The translations under genes and the position numbers were made by a program. This document shows positions 35,102 through 42,838 of a DNA stretch of 56,946 nucleotides, one piece after another. The stretch's first letter is position 1, and the number at the start of each line of letters is the position of its first letter. Source of the stretch: a virus; the IMG/VR virus record IMGVR_UViG_3300024990_000004. One strand, given 5' to 3'. The notes under the pieces were generated by a model. It was not told the origin of the DNA, did no database searches, and worked only from the letters and a program-made list of their open reading frames with translations.

Positions 35102-35227
35102 TTAAGGAATAGCCGCGCCCTGATAGGAGGCGCCCAATTTCGGGCAGTCCGACAGCTTGTTGAACGGATCGAGGCACGATCCGCAGCCGGCGAGCAGCAG
35201 AAGCGAAAGCAGGACGAGCAGCTTCAT
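35102..35227 (-). CDS. 41-aa lipoprotein
   Basis: Not in the ORF track. MKLLVLLSLLLLAGC has a canonical lipobox. Weak RBS. Confidence 0.45.
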   Translation of the reverse strand: MKLLVLLSLLLLAGCGSCLDPFNKLSDCPKLGASYQGAAIP

Positions 35228-35267
35228 GGCTGGATTTCCATTTTTAGGGCGGGAATTAATCCCCGGC

Positions 35268-35579
35268 TTATTCGGGGACGCGATAGACCTTTGCGCTCAT
35301 GCCGCTTTCGTTCATGCGCCTGGCCCCGGTGTCGACCACCAGGCCATCAGCGACGAGCTCGCTCACGCGGGGGCGTATTGAGAGGATGGATGCCCTGAGC
35401 GAGGTGGCGCATTCATCTGGAGTCATGGGTCCGAAGGCCCGGAACTCACCCAGAACGCGCTCGCGCAACGTGGGGGCCCTTTCCCGCATTACCTTGGCGG
35501 CATCATGCGAGGTGTCGCCACGCTTGAAGCCAGGCACCTTGGGATAGATCTCGGAATAGGTGAACAGGGTGCGTTCCAT
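35268..35579 (-). CDS. winged-helix DNA-binding protein (103 aa)
   Basis: ATG 35579 after GAAGG. MTPDECATSLRASILSIRPRVSELVADGLV is wHTH-like. Confidence 0.6.
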   Translation of the reverse strand: MERTLFTYSEIYPKVPGFKRGDTSHDAAKVMRERAPTLRERVLGEFRAFGPMTPDECATSLRASILSIRPRVSELVADGLVVDTGARRMNESGMSAKVYRVPE

Positions 35580-35888
35580 GTCGACCTTCAGTGGGCGGGC
35601 CGCCCCTGTAGCTTTAGGTCCCATACGGGCCCCCGCCGGTGAATGCCGGCGTGCAGCTTTCAAGGGTTGAGCGCGCTGGGCCAAAGCCCAGGTTGCTCGT
35701 TCGGTCGCAGGTTTGGGTGCTGTTCCATGCGGGTGGCAGGCGGCCTTCGCCATGCCTACCGACTTGGGCCAAAGCGGCATATCGCGCCGCGCCCCTCGGA
35801 ACAGCCGCATTTCTGCGGCGATTTGGGATTCCGCGTCAAGACCTAGTTTCTTAACGGCCGTTTTTCATGCCACTTCAGAGTGACACGC
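35580..35888 (-). promoter_or_regulatory. largest non-coding gap in the minus-strand block; candidate late promoter / leader
   Basis: 309 bp with no credible ORF. Contains TTGACG, the 11-bp direct repeat TGGGCCAAAGC (35677-35687 and 35765-35775) and several hairpins. Confidence 0.3.
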
Positions 35889-36119
35889 CTAGAAGGCGCC
35901 CACATCCTCGCGCAATTCCTCGTACAGCGCCCCCAGTTCGGCGATCTGGTTCTCCACCAGCTGCAGCAGCTCCCGCTTGAGCTCGGCCGGGGGACTATCA
36001 TCCCGCCAGCGGAATATCGTGCGGCGGTGCTTCTTCAGGCGGTGGGCCATGACCGAGGGCCAGCTGTCACCATAGAGTGCCAGGCCGATTTCTTGGAGCT
36101 TGGAGCCCGTCAGGATCAC
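35889..36119 (-). CDS. small HTH-like protein (76 aa)
   Basis: GTG 36119 lies 7 nt after GAGG and 14 nt after the upstream stop. Sequence VILTGSKLQEIGLALYGDSWPSVMAHRLKKHRRTIFRWRDD. Confidence 0.5.
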   Translation of the reverse strand: MILTGSKLQEIGLALYGDSWPSVMAHRLKKHRRTIFRWRDDSPPAELKRELLQLVENQIAELGALYEELREDVGAF

Positions 36120-36132
36120 AAGGTTGCCTCGG

Positions 36133-36918
36133 TCAGTGAACGGAATTGTTGCGAGAGGTATTCGGGACAGCCATGCCAATCCCGCCGCACCGACCATGAT
36201 AGACATGCTTCTCGCCCTGCAAAAACTTGAGCGGAGGCGTATCCCAGCAATCGGATGTGGGACTTTCACCCCAGGCGAAGCGACCGCCACATTTGCAGCA
36301 CCGCGACAATGCCCAGCGGCGAAAGGTCTGCCACAGGTGAATTTGCACAGTCCAGTGATGGACATGCCAGCGAGGATGGCGCCACCACGGCTTGAAGCGG
36401 CGATGGAGGCAGGCGGCGACGATGCGCACCATGCCTTCCGCGTCTTCTGTGGCCGACAGATTATCAAGCGGGTCCAAGGCCAGATCGGCAGCGATGGAAC
36501 CCACCTTGCGCCTGCGGGTGAAGTGGCGCAGCCAGAACGAGGCATGGGCGCCCGCCTTGCCGTCCTGGCCGTTCCACCAGCGCCGCAGTTCCAGATAGTT
36601 CGCCACCATCAAGGTCGCAGCCAGGACCTCTCCGGCAGGCATCCGGGGAAATGTGTGGCCGTGATAGCCGGTGACGGGCTTGCGCGTGGCAATCGACCTT
36701 TTCAAATCGTGCATGAACTCGTTGTCGTTCAGCAGATATATGACCGCATCGGCGTATTCGCGCGGGCGACGGTCGAACCAGCCGCAACTATCGTCTGACC
36801 GCTGCCCCCTACAGGGCTTCTCGGGGTCAACGTGCCAGATCGTGACCAGCGGAATGCCGTAGGCGCGACCAGGCCAGGGCAGGCGAATGTCGAAGGCTTG
36901 GGTCAGTGGATCGTGCAT
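36133..36918 (-). CDS. hypothetical protein with a C-terminal Cys/His cluster (261 aa)
   Basis: Tracked ORF with RBS GGGGGAG. Contains CCKCGG...HGRCGG. Confidence 0.65.
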   Translation of the reverse strand: MHDPLTQAFDIRLPWPGRAYGIPLVTIWHVDPEKPCRGQRSDDSCGWFDRRPREYADAVIYLLNDNEFMHDLKRSIATRKPVTGYHGHTFPRMPAGEVLAATLMVANYLELRRWWNGQDGKAGAHASFWLRHFTRRRKVGSIAADLALDPLDNLSATEDAEGMVRIVAACLHRRFKPWWRHPRWHVHHWTVQIHLWQTFRRWALSRCCKCGGRFAWGESPTSDCWDTPPLKFLQGEKHVYHGRCGGIGMAVPNTSRNNSVH

Positions 36919-36937
36919 GGTCTTGTGACTCCCCCGG

Positions 36938-37075
36938 TTATGAGATTTTGATGTGATGGACGGCCCATACGATCAGGTCCAGCAGCTTCCAGATGCCAAG
37001 CGGCACGGAGATAGCCATGATCCAAAAGCTGGCCGTGATGAACGTGCCGAGGCCGTCAAACATTCCCGGGCCCAT
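36938..37075 (-). CDS. 45-aa hydrophobic membrane peptide
   Basis: Not in the ORF track. AGGAGGA lies 6 nt upstream of the ATG. One TM segment. Confidence 0.5.
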   Translation of the reverse strand: MGPGMFDGLGTFITASFWIMAISVPLGIWKLLDLIVWAVHHIKIS

Positions 37076-37077
37076 CT

Positions 37078-37278
37078 TCAATCCTCCTGCGTGTTGGGTC
37101 GCGTGTGCATGATGATCTTGCCGTGCGGGATATGCTCAATTCGCCCGTCATGATGGAGGAGGACAAAGCCGGTGCCGTAGTTGCGCGCGTCCTGATAGGC
37201 CCTCTCGCGTTCCTCGATAAAGCAACTGCACCGCAAGCCGGTGTGGCTGGCGCAACCTGGGGTGTGCATTGCGATCAT
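37078..37278 (-). CDS. hypothetical protein (66 aa)
   Basis: Tracked ORF. Confidence 0.5.
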   Translation of the reverse strand: MIAMHTPGCASHTGLRCSCFIEERERAYQDARNYGTGFVLLHHDGRIEHIPHGKIIMHTRPNTQED

Positions 37279-37293
37279 CGCTGCGGCTCGCCT

Positions 37294-37533
37294 TTAGTTG
37301 GAAGTTGTTTCGAGACTGATTGGCGGCTGGGCCGTGCTGACGATGCAGACCCGAACCGGAGTTCCTAACAGCACCGACAGGCGCTCGCGCCAAGTCAGGC
37401 GCCACCACGAATAGATGTAGGGGTCATCGGTCATGTGGACCGGCAAGCCCCTGCACTCGCCGTGCGCCGAGGCGTTCCAGCCCTGCGGCGCTCCCAATGT
37501 CCGGTTCGTGTGCTTGGTGACAATTGCTTCCAT
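37294..37533 (-). CDS. hypothetical protein (79 aa)
   Basis: Tracked ORF. Confidence 0.5.
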   Translation of the reverse strand: MEAIVTKHTNRTLGAPQGWNASAHGECRGLPVHMTDDPYIYSWWRLTWRERLSVLLGTPVRVCIVSTAQPPISLETTSN

Positions 37534-37547
37534 AAAATCTGCTCGCT

Positions 37548-37925
37548 CTATGTGACGGGTTGGAGGGATTGACGGGCATCCAGCGCCGCAATGCAGATTG
37601 CGATGGCCACGCTGGCGCCTTCGCCTTCACCCAGCGGGTTCAGATCATCGCCTGGGCGGAACACCTGCGCGCCACCAAGAGGTTCGGCGGGGCGCGTCTT
37701 GCCGTGACCGGCAAGCCAGAACATGCCGTCCGGGATCAGCTTCACAGCATCGTCAAGCGACCGGGTGAAGTCTAGCGGCTCACGGGTGGATAGCCCGGCC
37801 GGTCGCCAGAATTTGCGATTGGCAGGGTCGAACACACCGTTGCCGGTGACGGCCTCGAAAATCTCTGTATCCAGTTCACGGCTGGCGTCTTTGGCCGCTT
37901 TCAGTCTGTCGATGATGTTTTGCAT
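37548..37925 (-). CDS. hypothetical protein (125 aa)
   Basis: ATG 37925 after GAAGGAG. Confidence 0.6.
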   Translation of the reverse strand: MQNIIDRLKAAKDASRELDTEIFEAVTGNGVFDPANRKFWRPAGLSTREPLDFTRSLDDAVKLIPDGMFWLAGHGKTRPAEPLGGAQVFRPGDDLNPLGEGEGASVAIAICIAALDARQSLQPVT

Positions 37926-37936
37926 GTGGCGCTCCT

Positions 37937-38398
37937 TCAGCGTGATGGCGGCGCGGCGCGCCAGGTAAAATCTCCCTTGTCTTCGACAATGGCCGGCTCT
38001 TCGGCTTTGCATCGGCACTCCATGCCGATCAGGCCGGTGGCGACGGGACGCCAGAAGTTGCGGACCATGCCGCTGGGGACGTGGTTGTCTTCCTCCGCAC
38101 CGTCCAGCGCGAATTGTTCCAGTACCCAGCGCGCCTCCTCGGATGAGCAACGCTGTGTCCGCAGGCCAATGACCTGTTTGCTGATGCTGATGTGGTATTC
38201 TGGCCCCTTGTTTTCGTCGCTGGCGACTTCAACAGCGCTAAGGACTGCGAGATAGGTCTTGTCGTGAAAGAAGGCGCGGCAGGGATACCCCATCATGTGC
38301 TGCTGGGGAATTTCCCGCCAGCCCGCGCCTTGGGGCCGAAGAACCGGCGTCAGGCATGGCGTGCCATCCGCGTAGGTATCTTGATTTCGTACTGGCAT
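37937..38398 (-). CDS. hypothetical protein (153 aa)
   Basis: ATG 38398 after AGGGAG. Confidence 0.6.
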   Translation of the reverse strand: MPVRNQDTYADGTPCLTPVLRPQGAGWREIPQQHMMGYPCRAFFHDKTYLAVLSAVEVASDENKGPEYHISISKQVIGLRTQRCSSEEARWVLEQFALDGAEEDNHVPSGMVRNFWRPVATGLIGMECRCKAEEPAIVEDKGDFTWRAAPPSR

Positions 38399-38408
38399 CG
38401 GCGGCTCC

Positions 38409-38606
38409 CTACTCTCTGACCAGCGCATAGCAAGCCGCGCCCACCATCGACACGGCGATGAACAGCACCATGCCGGTAATCCACATGGCGATCATCACCG
38501 CACGCAGCGGCCAAAGCAGCGCGCGACCGATAAATCGCAACCCGTCAGAAGCGGTGGACATGCCGTCTCGGCCGACGCTGCTGACAGGTGCTTTCTGTGA
38601 CGTCAC
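38409..38606 (-). CDS. small membrane protein (65 aa)
   Basis: Two hydrophobic helices; ATGA overlap with the upstream gene. Confidence 0.55.
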   Translation of the reverse strand: MTSQKAPVSSVGRDGMSTASDGLRFIGRALLWPLRAVMIAMWITGMVLFIAVSMVGAACYALVRE

Positions 38607-39274
38607 GCCGCTTTTACCTCCTGCTCGATCTTCTTCAGGGTCCAGTCGGGCACCTTCCAGCAGGCAAAGCCGATGAAGACGCTGGCCATGCCGCGGTCGC
38701 TGCCGACATAGACGCCTTTGCGCCCAAAGGCATGATTGTCGCGGTCGCCGGCGATCATCACTTGGTCGCCCGGCACCAGGTCGGCGCGGGGCTTGGGTTT
38801 CTTGCGGGCCAAGGCGCGCGCCATCTCTTCGTCCTCGGCCTGGCGCAGGCCTTCGATGATGGATGCAGGAATCGGCGTGGGCCGGTCCCCGCCCAGCAGG
38901 GCCGCGCCATCGGAGTCATCCATCCCGCGCGTATTGCTGATCTGCCCGAAGGGATCGCGCTGCAGGTCGAAGGCGACGAAAATGTATCCGGTGAATCGCA
39001 GGATGCTCCGGGCCTCGATCTTTCTGCCATCCTGCCAGCGCATATGGATCTTCGGCAGATAGACCGCAAAGCCCTGCTCGCGGAGATTGGAAGCTGCCAC
39101 CCATTCCTGCTGGTCCTTGGTTACCCCCGCAAACCACTGCTTGTTGGGCAAAACACCGATCACGGCCCGCGCCAGGGTGTGGCACGTCACATCATCCAGT
39201 TGCAGCTCGTTGGCTTTGGCCCTGGTGCGCAGAGCGAGCGCGGCGCGGCGAATGTGGGTCTGAATGTCAAACAT
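38603..39274 (-). CDS. NusG/RfaH-like transcription elongation (antitermination) factor
   Basis: NGN-like WVAASNLREQGFAVYLPKI...RFTGYIFVAFD and KOW-like VPGDQVMIAGD..FGRKGVYVG. Confidence 0.65.
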   Translation of the reverse strand: MFDIQTHIRRAALALRTRAKANELQLDDVTCHTLARAVIGVLPNKQWFAGVTKDQQEWVAASNLREQGFAVYLPKIHMRWQDGRKIEARSILRFTGYIFVAFDLQRDPFGQISNTRGMDDSDGAALLGGDRPTPIPASIIEGLRQAEDEEMARALARKKPKPRADLVPGDQVMIAGDRDNHAFGRKGVYVGSDRGMASVFIGFACWKVPDWTLKKIEQEVKAA

Positions 39275-39280
39275 GGCTGG

Positions 39281-39988
39281 CTACGCAACTTCGTTTCTGG
39301 GAGGGTAGCGGCGTTCTATATCCTCAACCGTCACCCCGACTTTCTTGGCAATCGCGGCCTTGAGCTCGGCGGCATCTGTGCTGTCACGGCCCGTTTTGAT
39401 CCTGGCCGAAAGCTGGGTTTCTTCGTCGTCCCGCCGCGTGTCGCTGACCACGCGCATACGGTCCCCCAGTTCGTTAAGCCGCTGCGCCATGCTTCCTAGC
39501 GCATCGTCGGCCGGCGGCGGGAGCGCCAGCAGCTGGTTTGCCTTTTCCAGCGCAAGCATTTTCTGCCGCCGGGTCTTGATATCGTCTGCGCACAGATCAC
39601 GCAGCTGGCCGGGATCGGGAAACCATTTTGCCTTCCCCTCATTCGGCGCCATGACGAACCGCTCGGCCGCCGAGCGGAGCATTTTTCCAGTCACGCCTGC
39701 CCGGCTCAGAAGCTGGAAATAAAGGTCCAGCATTGTGTGCGCGTCATCGGGCGATAGGTTCGCCCTGGGCATTAGGATCGCCAAGTTCTTCAGCACACTG
39801 TCGCATTCCTCTTTCCGCAGCGGCACACCCAGGGCCGCCTCGAGTGCCTGCAGTTCGCGCTTAAGCTGGGGCACGGGGAGAGATGACAATCTCCTCGCCT
39901 CCGCCATCGAATAGGCCGTTCCCATTGCGCTCTTGAACGGCACGACCGACTGTGGCGGCAAAGCCTGTGAGGGCAGGTTTTTGGACAT
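39281..39988 (-). CDS. replication-module protein of unknown function (235 aa)
   Basis: ATG 39988 after AGAGG. This frame has clearly higher GC3 than the overlapping tail of the initiator gene. Confidence 0.55.
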   Translation of the reverse strand: MSKNLPSQALPPQSVVPFKSAMGTAYSMAEARRLSSLPVPQLKRELQALEAALGVPLRKEECDSVLKNLAILMPRANLSPDDAHTMLDLYFQLLSRAGVTGKMLRSAAERFVMAPNEGKAKWFPDPGQLRDLCADDIKTRRQKMLALEKANQLLALPPPADDALGSMAQRLNELGDRMRVVSDTRRDDEETQLSARIKTGRDSTDAAELKAAIAKKVGVTVEDIERRYPPRNEVA

Positions 39989-40694
39989 GGTCACCTCTGT
40001 CCGATTTGAGTTTGAAAACATCGCGCCAACTGTTCCTGGTGGATTGATCGAGAACTTCCCCGGGGTCATGGCCATGCTTCCGCAGTTCGTCGAGCTTGCT
40101 GACGATCAGCGTCTTGGCGCGATCGGTGAGCGGGTAGCGGATTTTATTCCGCATAGCGACGAAGCCTGTCCAGGCATCGACTGGTAGCCAAGCAGGCAAC
40201 CCCAGATCGAGTTCAGCCTGGGGCTTGGAATGGGAGCCGCCCGAAGGGCGTTGCGCCTTTGGTTCCTCTGGCGGTTCTATTGACGGTTCATCCTTATATG
40301 GGATTCCACCTGGTGGAATGGTTTTTCCACCTCCGGGAATCTTATTTCCACGAGGTGGAATCGATTTTCCACCGGGTGGAATCGCACCCTTCCGCTTTCC
40401 ACGAGGTGGAATCTCCTGCCAAGCCTCCGGGACGGCGATCTGAAAGGCCTTGATGGCGTAGCCATGTTCGGGGTGGAGCGCGTCAAGGGCCTTTATCAGC
40501 CCCAGGCCCTCAAGAGCCGTCAGGTGCTTGTAGACAGTCGATTGGCCCAATTCGGTGTGCTCGATGAGCAATTCTATGGACGGCCAGCAGAAGCCCTGCT
40601 CGTTGGCATTGTCGGCTAGCTTCGCCAGCACCAGCTTGGCTGCCGGTGACCCGGTGTGCTGCTCCATGGCCCAAGAAACGACTTTTCCACTCAT
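39861..40694 (-). CDS. replication initiator (N-terminal wHTH), lambda O-like with an internal origin
   Basis: wHTH PAAKLVLAKLADNANEQGFCWPSIELLIEHTELGQSTVYKHLTALE. The central IPPGG/IPPRG repeats are encoded by the iterons. Confidence 0.75.
   Translation of the reverse strand: MSGKVVSWAMEQHTGSPAAKLVLAKLADNANEQGFCWPSIELLIEHTELGQSTVYKHLTALEGLGLIKALDALHPEHGYAIKAFQIAVPEAWQEIPPRGKRKGAIPPGGKSIPPRGNKIPGGGKTIPPGGIPYKDEPSIEPPEEPKAQRPSGGSHSKPQAELDLGLPAWLPVDAWTGFVAMRNKIRYPLTDRAKTLIVSKLDELRKHGHDPGEVLDQSTRNSWRDVFKLKSDRGDHVQKPALTGFAATVGRAVQERNGNGLFDGGGEEIVISPRAPA
40303..40412. repeat. five 17-bp palindromic iterons (candidate origin of replication)
   Basis: (A/T)TTCCAC-N3-G(G/T)GGAAT starting at 40303, 40324, 40345, 40366 and 40396, giving spacings of 21, 21, 21 and 30 bp. 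Confidence 0.8.
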
Positions 40695-40704
40695 GCTGCA
40701 TTAC

Positions 40705-41331
40705 TCAAATGGGAGCTCTGAGGAATTGCGGGGGGGGGGGGGGGGGGGGGGGGGCTTCATTGCCTTCGTCGTCGAACTTTCCTGTCTGATGACCCCAACC
40801 GTCGTAGCCGGGCCGCGATTTTCGGCTGAACAGATCGGCGCGGCCTTGCAGGTTCGGGCAGCACGCGTCCACCATCCGGTAAAATTCCTCCGGCTTGCGC
40901 GAGTGCTGGCGGGCGATACCGTCGAAGCAGGACAAGAAGGGCTCGTGAGTGGGATTGCCCGTCACGCAGAGCAAGATTGGCTCGTGACATGTCCGGACAC
41001 GATAACCGGTGCCCATGCGGACCTTCCCGCTAGTCGTGGTCTTGCGCCACACAATCTCGGTCAAAGGCCGGAACCCCCAGGCAGCGGCCACTTGCTGTGC
41101 CTGCCCGGTGGCAATTGTCCAACCGCATGTCCACATCAAAAGCAGACAATCTCGGGCGGCGAGTTCTCCCACCCGCAGGGCCTTGATCGCATCGAGGCTC
41201 ATCACCTGATAGTGGGGATCGGCGCCCTTGGCGGTGCCGGCGTCGGAATAGTTCTCGAAGTCCCACGGCGGGTCCGCAACGATAAGGTCGTAGCCGAACA
41301 TCTGCATGGAACCGAACTGCCAAGCCGTCAT
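40705..41331 (-). CDS. MT-A70-family DNA N6-adenine methyltransferase
   Basis: DLIVADPPWDF motif. ATG 41331 follows GGGGAG. The C-terminal Pro8 is encoded by the homopolymer. Confidence 0.85.
   Translation of the reverse strand: MTAWQFGSMQMFGYDLIVADPPWDFENYSDAGTAKGADPHYQVMSLDAIKALRVGELAARDCLLLMWTCGWTIATGQAQQVAAAWGFRPLTEIVWRKTTTSGKVRMGTGYRVRTCHEPILLCVTGNPTHEPFLSCFDGIARQHSRKPEEFYRMVDACCPNLQGRADLFSRKSRPGYDGWGHQTGKFDDEGNEAPPPPPPPPQFLRAPI
40730..40754. repeat. 25-nt G homopolymer (poly-C on the coding strand)
   Basis: Counted directly. It lies in the last 16 codons of the methylase and 35 nt upstream of the initiator ATG. Confidence 0.9.
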
Positions 41332-41501
41332 GCCGCTCCCCCGTCCCGGGCGATGACGCCCGTCATTGCCTTCACAGGCTCGGCCTTTCCGGTCTTGAGG
41401 ATGCGCCGCACATCCCCCAGCCGTTTCTCGTCCAGAGCGGCGATGGCATCTGCGATGACGCCCTGCAGGCGGCCGACTTCCCTTTCCAGATCGACGGTCA
41501 T
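41328..41501 (-). CDS. small protein (57 aa)
   Basis: Not in the ORF track. ATGA overlaps at both ends link ParB-like, this ORF and the methylase. Confidence 0.5.
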   Translation of the reverse strand: MTVDLEREVGRLQGVIADAIAALDEKRLGDVRRILKTGKAEPVKAMTGVIARDGGAA

Positions 41502-42838
41502 GTGAACGACCCCGATGGCTTGTTGCCCTTGAACACGGCGGGCGCATTGGTCAGCGGTTCGAGCTTGAACTTCTGGCGCACCTTGTTGACGAAATTGAAC
41601 AGGCCCGACAGGTCGTACATCTTGCCGTCGATGACGTAGGGCTTGCGCAACCGAGATTTGCCACGGCGGGCGGAGTGACCGTTGCGGTTCAGCCAGTCCA
41701 GCAAGTCGCTGGTGTTTCCGGTAGCGCCGCTCTCAAACCGGCGCACGCCATGCTTTTTCAAATGCGCCTCGATCAGCGCGCGCTCGTCGACTTTGGGCTT
41801 CGGCGGCGTCACAGGTCTGGCTTCGCGCTCCATGACCAGCCGATGGGCTTCCTGAGTCCGTGCGAGGGCAGCCGCTCTATCGCGTTCCACCTTGGAAGGG
41901 GCTTTCGGCGCCTGCCGCTTCTGGAATGCGACCGGGGCGCGCCCCTTTCGAGCTGCCTTCAAAGCCTCTGCCCTCTCGACTTCCAGGGGGTTGATGGTCT
42001 TGCCGCCATCGCCCAGGGATTCGTGAAGGGTGTGGGCGAGAACCTGGGCCACCATTGCCCGCAACGTGCCCTCACCGTTGCCCTGGCGCTGCATGGCGGC
42101 GGTCAGGATCGCCCTCACCGTCTTGCGGTGAACCACGCGGCGACATTCATCTTCGGTCGCCAGCCATTTCGGATGGGTGGCATAGACGTCGCAGAACCCC
42201 TCGATCATGGAGGCCTTGACCAGACCCGCATTGCCCGAGCCCGTGCGCGTGATGAGCTCCAAGGCGGCAACCAGGGCGGTGCGCCCTACCCGCTGCAGCT
42301 CCAATTCGATGGTCTTGCCGGCGAGCGTCTCGCCCACTTTCAGCAGGGAAGACGCGACCGGGTAGGCCAGGATTTTGACCCCTGCCGCCATCGCAGCTTC
42401 ATTTCCCGCAACTGCGGACTTGTCACCGGCCGCGATCCGGGCCCGGAACAGATATTGCGGATGCATCCTGGTGACGATGCCGTTGATCGTGGCGAAAGCC
42501 GCGGCTTCTTCCGCCGGCGTGCATGACAGGATGTGGCAGGGTACCTCTTTGATGCCCCCATGCAGCGCGCACGCTACGGCCCGGTGCTGGCCGTCGACGA
42601 CGGCATAAAGGCCGCCCGGCCTTGGGGACACCACCAAGGGTGCGAACTTCGTCCAGCTGAAATTCTCGATAATGCCGCGAATGGTCTTGCGTCCAGCCGC
42701 ATCGACCGGGCGCTGATAACTTTCGTCGATGCGCAGCTGCACCAGAGGCAGCCATGCCTCTTTGCCTTTCGCGCCCAGGTCGCGCGCGGGAGTGGGCGGC
42801 GGCTCGAAAGAAAAGCTGGCCAGGGGAAGCAAGCTCAT
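41498..42838 (-). CDS. ParB/Srx N-terminal-domain (DGQHR) nuclease-like protein
   Basis: LRIDESYQRP..., LYAVVDGQHRAVA. 446 aa. Confidence 0.75.
   Translation of the reverse strand: MSLLPLASFSFEPPPTPARDLGAKGKEAWLPLVQLRIDESYQRPVDAAGRKTIRGIIENFSWTKFAPLVVSPRPGGLYAVVDGQHRAVACALHGGIKEVPCHILSCTPAEEAAAFATINGIVTRMHPQYLFRARIAAGDKSAVAGNEAAMAAGVKILAYPVASSLLKVGETLAGKTIELELQRVGRTALVAALELITRTGSGNAGLVKASMIEGFCDVYATHPKWLATEDECRRVVHRKTVRAILTAAMQRQGNGEGTLRAMVAQVLAHTLHESLGDGGKTINPLEVERAEALKAARKGRAPVAFQKRQAPKAPSKVERDRAAALARTQEAHRLVMEREARPVTPPKPKVDERALIEAHLKKHGVRRFESGATGNTSDLLDWLNRNGHSARRGKSRLRKPYVIDGKMYDLSGLFNFVNKVRQKFKLEPLTNAPAVFKGNKPSGSFT

Noticed and set aside
35580-35888. A tRNA gene or small ORF in the largest intergenic gap.
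   Set aside because: No cloverleaf or T-loop (GTTCGAATC-type) sequence is present. The only ORFs are Arg-rich extensions of the tracked 35268..35810 frame upstream of its RBS-supported ATG.
40225-40486. Three overlapping ORFs in different frames and strands (FHLVE / GGIxFPP repeats).
   Set aside because: They are artefacts of translating the palindromic iterons. Only the initiator frame is continuous with a recognisable wHTH protein.
40730-40754. Dismissing the poly-G tract as a sequencing artefact.
   Set aside because: I did not reject it outright. It lies inside a circularly closed contig, with continuous coding sense on both sides and the methylase frame maintained, so I kept it as a finding with the artefact caveat.
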